The notes below the pieces were generated by a model. That model was given only the letters and a program-made list of their open reading frames with translations. It was not told the DNA's origin and ran no database searches. The translations under genes and the position numbers were made by a program. 64,000 nt of DNA from Stegostoma tigrinum (taxonomy: Eukaryota). Shown piece after piece: positions 27,057 through 38,189 of the stretch (positions within the stretch are counted from its first letter, which is position 1; every line of letters starts with the position of its first letter). Where the stretch lies: NCBI RefSeq assembly GCF_030684315.1, contig NC_081361.1:17473861-17537860 (forward strand). The letters are read 5' to 3'.

Positions 27057-28189
27057 TGTGCAAAGCAGAGGGGAAGAAAATCACTGTGGGGAAATTTGAC
27101 ATTTGAGTGAGACAGAAAGTGAAACAGAGCGACACAATGTCGGCAACCACCAGTGGCCTCCACAGGGGAAACCATGCAGCACAACAGTGGGCATAACCAA
27201 ACTACAGAGCTGCGTGCAGAAGGTAATGATGAGAATTGCAGCAGTAATTCCAGGTGGCGTTGAGGAACATGTGAAGGATCAGTGCTGGTGAGCTGGCTAG
27301 GGAATACCAAGAAGGAGACATAGAAGTTGTGGGGAAGCTCTCAATTACCAGATTGCACCCAAGACTTAATTTGCTCAGTGTGACCTGCATTGCCTTGCAC
27401 GTTCAACCCCTAAATGTGCACTCTGAATGGTAAATGGCTGCAAACACACCTGGGTGAGTGCAGTGCTTTTATTTCCATCTCAGTACATGGGCTACACTTG
27501 TGAGCATCATGAAGTCCTTCCTATATTCAAGTATGCCTTTCTTAGATGATGTAGGGCTGGGAAGACAAGGTCTCAGAACTCCTGCAGCATGTATAATCAA
27601 GGATCCTTTTAGACTTGTGAGGCTGCCGATTGGGTTTTGAAAGCTGCCACACGTGGACCTCGAAACAGCTGGAAAATTTACAGGGAATCCAGTTTATAAT
27701 CCCTTACTGATATAACTGATGCTGCATTCATTTGGAGTAAAGTCCTATGTCAAAGTTCCACGTAAAGACGTTCTAAGGCACTCCCTGTCAGAGTGCTCCA
27801 TGTCCTACTGTATTGAGGACAATGCTGAACAAAGTCAATTATGAGTGATGAGAATGCTGACTGGTCACACTACTAAGGACTTGTTCTGCTATTATTCCCC
27901 ACAGATATGCTGCAGGCATGACTGACAGGTCATACCACAACAGGGGTTATCGTCATGCTGTTGCACAGCATTAAAGGACATAAATATAAAAGGAGAATCA
28001 AATGTTCAAGCAAGCCAAGGGCCAGCAGATGTCGAACAGCTTCCACATAAAGAGGTCACTGTTAAAAGGTCCTTTCAGAACAGGGAGGTACTGATCCTTC
28101 ACATATTTCTCAATGCCACCTGGAATTACTACTGCAATTCTCATCATTACCTTCTGAGATCAGCTCTGCAGTTTGGTTATGCCCACTGT

Positions 28190-28830
28190 TGTGCTGCATG
28201 GTTTCCCCTGTAGAGGCCACTGGTCGTGGCCGAAGTCTTCTGTCCTCTATGCCACCTGTTCCTGCTGAGTGAAGTGCAGTGTTGCTATCCTGGGACATTG
28301 TCATAGAGCTATGCAAGCTGCTGGAGCAGCACCCACAATATGAAGGAGTGGGTGACCAATCATTCCAATGACTGTAAAGGGGACAACTGCACTAAATTTT
28401 TATCCAACTGGCTCCTTCCAAAGAGCCATTGGAGACTGGTTGAGATCTGTCAAGCTTTGAGCCAGAAATACTCCAAGGCTGTAAACAATGCAATTTGTGG
28501 CAGATTACACCATTTCATTGCATCTTGCCAAGACTAGGTCACTGCTCAAGCCTAGGCAGCAGCTTTTTTCCAGCTTAGTTGATGTTCCCCCAGCTGTAGG
28601 GTGTGACAGATGTGCACAAGTCAGGAAGGCCGTATCATAACATAGAGGAATTCACTAATTTAAAAAGGTTTCATTCCATCAATATGCAAGACCATCAACA
28701 CCACATCCTCGAAATCTGCATCAGGTCCCTGGAAACTGCACTGATGCATGTACCCTTGAATTTCTGTTGAATTTAAGGGTTGAATGTGTTATAAGGGTGG
28801 TTACCGGGGGAGACAGAGACACGAGATGCT
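28190..28830 (+). mobile_element. PIF/Harbinger (HARBI1-like) transposase remnant
   Basis: Broken frames give LSEVQC, DIVIELCKLLEQ, MTVKGTTALNF/YPTGSFQRAIGD, a KGFHSINMQ-like block and a GWL.GD-like block. Confidence 0.65.
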
Positions 28831-29189
28831 AAGGCGTAATACACTGGTACAAAACCACTTTATCTAATTTTCTAGCAGAGTTTTAAACAAGTTCCTTTAA
28901 ACATATTATGTGCCCACACATTATTACACAGAGCATATTTTTGTTCTTAATACTAACTTTTAGTATAAATGACAACTTGATGAATGTTTCACATTGGTTG
29001 AAAAATTCACATGTCTGTTGGACAAAAGAAGAAGCTGAAGTAAAGGGTGACGAAAGGTTGCACAGGATTGGAGGAAGTGAGAAAGTATTGAAGAAAAGAT
29101 CTGGAAAGAAGAAAAGCATTAAATTATGCAAAATATGGTCATTTCCAATCAAGCAGCTGGAGAAAGTAGATGTTTCCCAGTAACATTAC

Positions 29190-29286
29190 CTGAGGGTTCC
29201 ACTCTGGGTCCAATTTATTTACAGCTGCAATATATTCTTTCATAGCCTGTCGTGCAGTCATATCCCCCACCGCCTTCCATGCTTCC
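29190..29286 (-). CDS. ACBD6: Acyl-CoA-binding domain-containing protein 6, coding exon 3 (97 nt)
   Basis: (W)EAWKAVGDMTARQAMKEYIAAVNKLDPEWNPQ closely resembles the vertebrate ACBD6 ACB domain. Acceptor acag|G, donor CAG|gtaatg, phase consistent with exon 2. Confidence 0.95.
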
Positions 29287-30236
29287 CTGTGAGTAAATAA
29301 GAAACTATTTAAGTTGAAGACATTTAAAGGAACATAAACCTGTTCAAATTTGGCTTGCTTCATCAGATGTACAGCTGGGCATACTTCTGTTCCCCTAACT
29401 GTTTACCTCTCACCCTTTCCAAGGTGTGCAGTACCTTAAGTTAGGATGCAAAGTTACAGGTGGCAAGCCCCTACTCACTCCTTCAATGTATTAATAGTTA
29501 CAAATTATGTGAAGCCTCCATCCAGATGATGGTTCAGCAGTGGATAAGCGTAATAACAAAGAACATACAAAGAAAAAAAATTTCACATCTTCATACACAA
29601 AGACAAAAAGGTATCTTGAAACTCAAACTTAAATCAAGTTGGAATGAAAGGCAGTTCCGAACCTCGAGGCCTATCTGTGCACAAGAACCTTGCTTTTGTG
29701 TTTTATCTAAATCTCTGACTGGATTCCATAACACTATTTTGTATAAATAAAATAATAGCAAAATACTGTGGATTATGGAAATCAGAAATTAAACTAAATT
29801 ACTGGAAAAGCTCCACAATTCTGACATCTACAATGAGGAAAACAAATTAAGGATCCACGTTGATGACGACTCTTTAGAACAAGAAGAAGAATAAAATGTA
29901 CAATCGGAAATGTAGATTGTATCCCTCCAATTGAATAATTGTAAACTCCACATTGACCACGGAATGTTTTTGGTATATTGTATATATTTATTAAATACAC
30001 AGACGACAGTGGGAAACCAAGGCTGGGAAAATGATCACACATAAGAATGAGTCATAATCAACTCAAAACGTTAACTCTGTTTCACTCTCCACAGATGCTG
30101 CCAAACCTCCTAAATATTTGTCACTTCTGTTTTTATTTTAGTTCATTTATATTTCTTTCTCTCTCAAAATATATAGTATGTACAGAATGTCATATTTCAT
30201 ACTTATTTAAAACATTACTCTTTTTAAGTCACTTAC

Positions 30237-30301
30237 CATTTCTGTTTGCCTTCAAAATCAAAGAATCCAGGCTTTGGAATGTTGCATTTCCCAAATTTGG
30301 C
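30237..30301 (-). CDS. ACBD6: ACBD6 coding exon 2 (65 nt; not shown in the ORF track)
   Basis: AKFGKCNIPKPGFFDFEGKQK(W), compared with human VKVGNCNTPKPSFFDFEGKQKW as I recall it. Acceptor tttttag|G, donor TG|gtaagt. Confidence 0.95.
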
Positions 30302-32399
30302 CTAAAAAGACAAAATATAGGTATAATAGCTGAAACAATCATTAAGTGCAACAAAACAGGTCAGATACCACAAACCTCACACAGATTATGTTCCTTTGGT
30401 TCATCCCGAGCAAGAGACATAAGAGAACTAAATCCCATTTCAGCTGGTTGAATTCAAAGGTTAAAAGAAGGGTGTCCTCTTTGAAATCAATGGTTGGTAG
30501 ATGTCACAAACATGGAATCAAGACTACATGTGTGAACAAAGCATACTGATGGTTTGGACGACACATCCTAAAATTCTTGCCTTTGAAGAGCTCTAGAGGC
30601 AACAGTCATGCCCTCATGACTGGTTCATCATTTTAGGTTTCCTTGAATTTAATAAACGTACACAATATACCACAAACCTTGATCACTATGGGGCTTAAAA
30701 TTATACAACTGCAAGGATTAGGACTACTCTTCTTACTTCACAATTTACACTACTCACAAGGGAGGAGTTTAAGTCTACAAACTGCACTTTGTACAAAACT
30801 ACCTGGCAGTTCCCCAATTTCTTCACTGCATATTACTGTTCCTTCTTGTAGCTCCTTTGTCACATTTTTCTGAGTGACAGCATTCAATATCATACAATCA
30901 TATCGTACCCAGGTTATCACCAATGTGTGGTGAACCAATAAAGCAATAACATTGATTAGACAAAAAACTACAGATGCTGGAATCCAAGATAGACAAACAG
31001 AAGGCTGGAAAAACACAGCCTGGCCGGCAATATCTAGAGGAGGAAAAGTCAATATTTCAGGTATTACCTTTCTTCAGAACTCAACAATAACATTGCCTAA
31101 TTAAAACAGTCATGTCTTTATATGGGTTACATTCCTGAGCAAAACCATGTGTCCTTTTCTGACACAGCGACTGTCTCCTCACCTGCTGGCTCCTTACTTG
31201 GGCATAATTCTGTTGGTGATGGGACAAGTACAAAGTTATTACTCGAGCTTGAACCACTGATAGTCTACCTGAGCAAAGAAGGTTTCGTAGCTGAGCCTGG
31301 ACATGTATATTTCCTGCAAGAGTGACTGGACATCTCTCAGGTGAGAAAAGAACCAATTTTCTCTGCTTTAAGCCTAGAGAACCAAAGGGAATCACAGAAA
31401 TCAGCTAACTCGGGAGACTGTGTTTACAGCAGAAAGGTTACTTGAATAGCTCTTTTAAACAGCCAGCAAAAATACTAAAGACCAAATGATTTCCTCTTGC
31501 CCTGCAAAGTTCACCTCCTGATCCGAGTGTGGTGTAACGTTTACGCGTGGTCAACATTCCTTCTACGTCGCATGTAAGGTTCCATGCTTAGGAATAGGCA
31601 TCAGCACGACACATAGCACTGACTTCCAGTTTGGGAGGTCGCTGGTGCACACAGACCTCGGCAGCCTGGGTGTCAAAAGGAAAATTAGAGGGAATGTTGG
31701 GCATGAAGTTTTCAATGATGTTAGTTAGCTAATGCAGGAAGTATCTTTTCTGCTGTTTTATGCTGGGCAACTACTAAGTAACATTTAGTTGTTACAGATC
31801 TTAATATGTACTTCTTTTACAGTAGAAGGCCAAAGCCTTTAAATATTGGAGATTCTTTCTATCTCATGATAGAAAATTGATATCGAAAAGGTAATCTGTC
31901 TCTATGGAGATTGTAACTTCAGCCCTAATTTATTAACCATAAATTATTATAATCATGCTTATATTTGTTAGTTCACCTGCAGCACTACTCTCCATCTGGT
32001 CACAGATTTATTTCTCCCACATTGACCCTCCGCACTGTGTGTTCTAGTATACAAAGAGAATCAAATTGGTTAATACCGAGCATTGCTTACAACTCTCACG
32101 AAAGGACGCTGACCCCTATGGTTTTAAGCCAGATACAGATTTACAGTCATATAGGAAATAACTCTCTTAAGATCTGAAGAAACTGATGATTTTGAAAATA
32201 ACACACTTTCTCATTCTCCCTTAATAAGAAAGAGTCAAGTTGATACAGAGAAAGTACAGCATAGATTTTATTTCTTCCAAGGACCAAATTATCAATAAAG
32301 GCTTTGTACAAGACATTTAGGAGGTGATAAAACAGTAACAAGTTGCCTCATAAAGGAAGATAAGCAAAAGGGTTACCACTTGGCTAGGCCTGGAATTAA

Positions 32400-32765
32400 A
32401 GACACATTCTTATTTGTTTGTTGGATATGAGTATCAATGGCAAAACCAACATGTTGACCATCCTGCATAAAACTGAGTCGTTTGCCAGATCATTTCAGAA
32501 GATAGTCAAGAGTCAACTGATTTTTTTACTTCAGGAATCAGATGCAGGCAAAACAGGGTAAGAATTAGATTTTCTTCCCTGAAGAACATTTGTGAAACAG
32601 ATAGGTTTTTACAGCAATCTGGTAGGTCTGTGGTCATGAATTCAGATTTATTGATTTATTGAATTTAAATTCCATCAGTGGCAGTGGAGGAATTGCATTT
32701 CCAAACTTTGTCCAGGTCTCTGGATTATCAGCTTTGTAACACTACCAGTAGGCCACCATTCCTTA
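32400..32765 (-). mobile_element. Degenerate tRNA-headed SINE
   Basis: Colinear with 21762-22095 and 54440-54830. Confidence 0.55.
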
Positions 32766-33719
32766 CCTCTGATACTTGCTCTTTGGAAATTGGACAATCA
32801 AGTGGGAAGATGAAATTGATTGACTGATTGACATGAGATGGCTGCACATCCATAAAAATTAAAGTGCACAAACAAGCACTCAGTAAGGAAAAAGCATAAA
32901 AAAAAGGAAGTAATTGTTGCAGCACACAACAGAAACCAGGCCACCATCAAATTCTGAACTAATAAACCTTCTCATCTATCACTAGTTACATATCTACACT
33001 TTCAACTCCAATTATGTGCTGTATTTAAACTGTCACTTCTTAGTAAACCACCTTACAGGAACTACTTATGAGCCACAAACTATTTGAGCAGTGCTATCCT
33101 TGGCCAAATCTTTTATAAGGTATCAGGATATTACTGAAGGGTTTCTATTTATTTTCATCAACAAATATAGGGAATCAATGTTTATATTCATTCCTGTAGT
33201 TTACATTTAGATTGGAACTTAAGTTCTTGTATTGATTTCTCTGTGACTTGTTTATGATCATCCTAGCATTTACCCATTATGGATTTGCCCTTTTGTTCAA
33301 ATTGCTAGGGTTTACTTAATTTTACCTGTCCCTTGCATCATTACCACAATCGTAAAAGTTTAGCTATTCATACTTGTTGCCCAACTGCCATCTATCCCTC
33401 ACCTCTATACAATCCTTGGTGAGAGCTATGCCTATTCATACTTGTACCTTAGAGTTTACCTATATTGGAGATTTTACCTGTTTGTGGTGAGCATTATAGC
33501 TGTTGGCACACGTCTCTTGGGCTCAACTGTTTTAGTGGGTTTTAGGCACTTTGTACCTTTTCAGGGATGCCTGTTTTACATGTTTATGGAGGCTTTTATT
33601 TACCTACTGTCAAGGTATGTTTTAACTGTTACAAGTGAGCATCATCTTTCAAGCTGCTCCAGGGGCACATTTTATCTTTCAACCTTTTTCAGGAAAACAC
33701 GCAAATTAAAGCAAAGGAG

Positions 33720-34140
33720 GGAGACACAGTGGCTCAGTAGTTAGCAATGCTATCTCACAGCACCAGAGATCCTGGTTCGGTTCCTCTTTTGGACTGTGTG
33801 GAGTTTGCATTCTCTCCATATGTTTGCGTGGGTTTTCACTAGGTGCTCCGATTTCCTCCCACAATCAGAAGAAGCATGAAATTGTTAGTGTGAAAGCAGG
33901 CCATTTGGCCCATTGGGTCCACACTAACATCCATGGGCTGTGGGTACACAAAGATGTGCAGTTTAGGTGGATTGGCCATGCTATATTGTCCTGTGATGTT
34001 CAGGGATGTGTAGGCTAGGCGGATTAGCCATGGGAAATGCAGCCTGGCAGGGATTAGGTTGGGGAGGTGTGTCTGGGTGTCATCAGAGGGTCATTGTTGA
34101 CTCGATGGGCCAAATGGCTGTATGGATTCTTAGATTTCTA
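33720..34140 (+). mobile_element. HE1-type V-SINE with a short internal insertion
   Basis: gtggctcagtagttagc...ggttcggttcc...tgtgtggagtttgca...ggattggccatgcta. Confidence 0.75.
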
Positions 34141-34599
34141 TGAAAATAGTGCGGACACTGGAAATCTGAAACATGAACAGTGCTGGAGAAACTCAGCTGG
34201 TCTGGCAGCTGAGAGAGAGAAACAAAATTAACATTTTAAGTCTGAAATTTCAGGAGTCTTTGAAATGACCATGATGCTTGCCATATCAGGCTCGAAAGGA
34301 TAACTCCTGCTTCTTCTCTTCCTAAAGATCTGAGGAAGGGTCACTCAACCCGAAGCGTCAATTCTGGTTTCTCTCCACAGATGTTACCAGACCTGCTGAG
34401 CTTTTTCAGCAACTTTTTTTTGTTTTTCTCTCCTCCTCCAGATGCTGCCAGACTTGAGTTTCCCCAACACATTTTTTTTATACAGGTCTGTTTCTGTGCC
34501 GTAGGGGGACAGGTTTAAATAAAAGCAAAACACTGCGAATGCTGGAAATCTGAAAATATGAACACGAAGTGCTGGGTAAACTCAGTGAAGTGTTCAGAG

Positions 34600-35895
34600 A
34601 TAGCAAGAATTGCAGATGCTAGGGTCAGAGACAACAGAGTGGAGCTAGAGGAACACAGCAGGCCAGGCAGCATCAGAGGAGCAGGAATGCTGACATTTTG
34701 GGTCAAGACCCTTCTTCAGCAATAGGGGAGGGAAATAAATAGAGGGGAGGGGTAGGGATTGGGAAGGTGATAGGTGAGTGCAGATAGGGAGTGGTGGGGA
34801 TTAGTCAGTGGGATGGCAGGGATGGAGAGGTGAGAGAGAAGATGGACAGGTTGTGTGTCAAGTCAAGAAGACAGGGATGAGGAGATTTTAAAACTGGTGA
34901 ATTCCACATTTAGGCCATTGGGCTGTAGGCTCCTCAGGCGGAATATGAGTTATCGCTCCTCCAATTTGATGTCTCTATGGGGTGGCCCAGGATGGCAATG
35001 TCACCCAGGCAGTGGGAGGGGAATTAAAATGGTTGGCAGCTGGAAGGTGTTGTCGTTTGCCATGTACAGATGCTCTATGAAACGGTCTCTGAGTGTACAC
35101 TTGGTCTCAATGATGTCGAAGAGGCCATGTTGGGAGCAGCAGATATGGCAGACCAAGTTGACAGATGTACAGATCAATCCCAGTCTGAAAGGTTTGTTTT
35201 GGGCCTTGATTGGAGCTGAGGGGGTGTAGCACTTCCTGCAGTTGCTGGAAAAGATGTCTAGTGTAGCAGGGCTAGTGGGGAGTGTGCAGCAGATGAGGGA
35301 GTTGCAGAGTGAGCAGTTCCTAGGAAAGGCAGTTAGCGGTGGCATGGGAATATAGCTGGCGGAGAATGATACAATGGATGCAGAGATTAGTGGAGTGGTA
35401 AGTGAGGACCGGGGGATTCTGTTTTTGTTTTAGGTGGGGGGGGTTTGAGGGCAGAAGTGCGGGAAATGCAAGTGATGCGGTCAAGAACATTTTCGATCAC
35501 CGGAGAGGGAAAGTTGACAGTCCTTGACGTAGGAGGACATCTGGGATGTCCCGGAGTGGAACACCCTATCTTGGGAGGGGACATGGCGGAGGGGTTGGGA
35601 GTAAGGAATTGTATTCTTGCTGTAAGGTAGGTGAGAGATGGTGTAGTCCAGGTAGCTGCAGGAGTTGGTGGGTTTGAAACAGACGTCAGTTTCAAGGAGG
35701 GCACCAGACATACATACCCGCCGTCACCGACCAACACCCCACTTCATTCATTCCTTCATTCCTTCCTTCCCTTCTATTAATTTCGCAGCTCCCTCTCCTT
35801 CCGGAAGAGTCCCGACCCGAAACGTCAACTTTCCCGCTTCCCCGACGCTGCCTGGGCCGCTGTGTTGCTCCAGCATCCACACAGGTGTTATCTCA
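34600..35895. mobile_element. Older Neptune-type PLE: long minus arm (about 34600-35700) and short plus arm (about 35720-35895)
   Basis: Minus strand gives ETDVCFKPTNSCSYLDYTISH and ICTSVNLV.HICCSQHG...IETK..LRDRFIEH. Degenerate hammerhead ends at about 34690-34720 and 35800-35830. Confidence 0.75.
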
Positions 35896-35938
35896 ACACA
35901 GTTTTGTTGTTGTAATGTCTACGTGTCCCTCCCCCCCA

Positions 35939-35940
<2 letters not shown>

Positions 35941-35972
<32 letters not shown>
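35941..35972. repeat. (AC)16 microsatellite, read as (GT)16 starting at the ACBD6 intron-1 donor
   Basis: Counted directly. Confidence 0.95.
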
Positions 35973-35974
<2 letters not shown>

Positions 35975-36161
35975 GTTTGAAGCGGCTGTACAGGTAGAGC
36001 AGAGTCTCGCGGCCGGCCGCATGCGCGAGCGTCTGCACGTGCGCGGCCGCGCGCTCGAACTCAGTCTCCAGCGCGCGCCCGCCTCCTCCTCCTCCTCCTC
36101 CGCCCTCAGTCTCCGGCACACGGTCCTCGCTATCGCTCGCCTGGTCTGACACCGCCGCCAT
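35973..36161 (-). CDS. ACBD6: ACBD6 coding exon 1 (189 nt, 63 codons)
   Basis: ATG in good Kozak context (gagATGG). MAAVSD...G9-RALETEFERAAAHVQTLAHAAGRETLLYLYSRFKQ, then donor CAG|gtgtgt. Exons 1-3 splice in frame into a complete ACB domain. Confidence 0.92.
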
Positions 36162-37589
36162 CTCGGGTAGGGAGCCCGTGACCCAGGCTCCGGGGGAAGT
36201 TCCCCACTGACCTGTTAATTATTCGCTGCCGAGGCAACGAAGCCGTGGGAGAGAAGTAGAGAAAGAGTCCAGCTCCGACCGTTTAACCGCTGGTTCTTTT
36301 GCACCCCACCCCCACCCCCCGCTACTTCTCACACCGCTGCCCGTCCCGGAGCTGTCAACACTCCGGGTGGAACGCACCGGCCGCCGTGCGAAGGTTCCGC
36401 AGCGAAAATGCACCTTATTCTTTTGAACGTGCCCCGACACATTTAACAAAACAAAAAGTCGCGTCGCTTTCTGCTTTTACGTTTGTTTTCGAGCCACGTC
36501 TCCCACACTGATTTTAAGCTTTCGCGTGATGTTGGCAACAGCATTGCAGGTAATTTTGGTGACCGATAATACAGTATAGCAGTTTGACAAATTGGAGCAC
36601 TGCATGGTGTTATGTAGAACTGCCTTAGAAATAGGGGGATCTACCAACACACTACCCTGTATGGGTTTCAGCTCGTAATGAAGGTTTGCTATTTGAAACT
36701 ACATGGAGTCTTTGGTCTAGACAGGTGAAAAAAAAATTCCTTGTTTTAACCAGAGAGTTTTCTGTGGCTCACAAAACACGTTGGATCAGATTTTTCGTGG
36801 ATTTGCAATTTCTCACAGATTTGCCACATTTTTTTCTACTTTATATCAGGCGATTCCTATCAGGACTCATTCAGAAATGTGGAGCTTTGTACTTCATTCT
36901 GACCTGTACCCTTCTAGTGCAAAATTCTGGGCCACAACCTTTTTTTTAAAAGCAGTTCAGCTACAGTGTTCTGAAATTTAAAGGTCTGGAATCAGACAGC
37001 CTCTTCGACTGCTATGTTAAGATAAGTGTTAGATGGGAATGGTGGGAGGGTAAAAGTGCTGGGTAAATCGGTGCCAGGTGGGTAGTTTGACAGAGGTAGC
37101 ATGTTCAGGATGAGAGGAAGTGGGTGAACAGCTTCATAAAATGAGAGGACCTGTTTGATAAAGACAGTAATAGCAGGAGATATTATCCAACAACAGAGTC
37201 CCTTCACTTTGTTTCTTCCTGTAAGAGTAAAAGTGTGACAGCACAGGAAGATATGTGGATAATTGTTCACCACTGATGATCCCCGTAAGCAGCTATTCAT
37301 CCTCCCAGACTGGCCTTTACCCATTTCTTTTGCTACTCAACTGTTTTTCTGTCTCTGTTGGCTCCATCTATCATTTACTTCTATATAACCAGGTCAAACA
37401 GGACTCAATGAGATGACCCACACATTGACAAAGGCACTCAAGGACAGTACTTGATCAAAAATTAAGGCATGTAAAATGGCAAAAACTAGTGGTAGGCCAG
37501 AGGATTTTAGGAGCCATTATTGGACAACTAAAGACCTAAATAAACAGAGAAAATTTGAGTTTTGATACTAAATTAGCAACATTTATGAA

Positions 37590-38170
37590 AGCAAAGGACT
37601 TTGTATAGGACTTTGGTTCAACCACATTTGGAATACTGCGTACAATTCTGGTGGACACATTATCAAAAGGATGTGGATGCTTTGAAGGGAGTACAGAGGA
37701 GGTGCACCAGGATGTTGCCTGATATGGAGGGAGCTAGTTATGAAAAGAGGTTGAGTAGATTAGGATTATTTACATTAGAAAGAAGGAGATTGAGGGTGAA
37801 TCCGATTGAGGTCTACTAAATCATGAGAGATATAGACAGGGTGGATAGCAAGAAGCTTTTTCCCCAGAGTGTGGTACTTAATTACTAGGAGGTCACGATT
37901 TCAAAGTGAGAGGGGAAAAGTTTAAGGGAGATGTGTGTGGAAAATTCTTTATACAGAGGGTGATGGGTGCCTGGAATGCGATGCCAGCGGAGGTGGTAGA
38001 GCCAGGCAAGATACTGTCATTTAAGATGTATCTGGACAGATACGTGAGTGGGCAGGGTGCAGAGGGATACAGATCCTTGGAACATAGGCAACAGGTTTAG
38101 TTAGAGAATCTGGATCTGCACAGGCTTAGAGGGACAAAGGGCCTGTTCTTGTGCTGTAATTTTCTTCGTT
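37590..38170 (+). mobile_element. CR1 LINE 3' fragment
   Basis: LYRTLVQPHLEYCVQFW...VQRRCTRMLP...LERRRLR and FFIQRVMGAWNAMP. Confidence 0.88.
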
Positions 38171-38189
38171 CACATAGTGAGACCTCCAA

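Larger units (their letters stand above)
35790..36530. promoter_or_regulatory. CpG island / ACBD6 promoter and 5'UTR
   Basis: Strongly CpG-dense block around the ATG in an otherwise CpG-depleted, AT-rich window. Confidence 0.8.

Noticed and set aside
1-29189. ACBD6 exons 4 onward (GFGGPV..SL linker and ankyrin repeats)
   Set aside because: Not found by eye on the minus strand. They probably lie left of the window; a TBLASTN search would settle it.
31520-31680. Small CpG-rich patch in ACBD6 intron 1
   Set aside because: Too short for an island, with no ORF, fold or family I could support.
35919-35972. VCVCVC... C-terminus of the 80-aa ORF
   Set aside because: Read-through into the intronic (GT)16. 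The exon ends at 35973.
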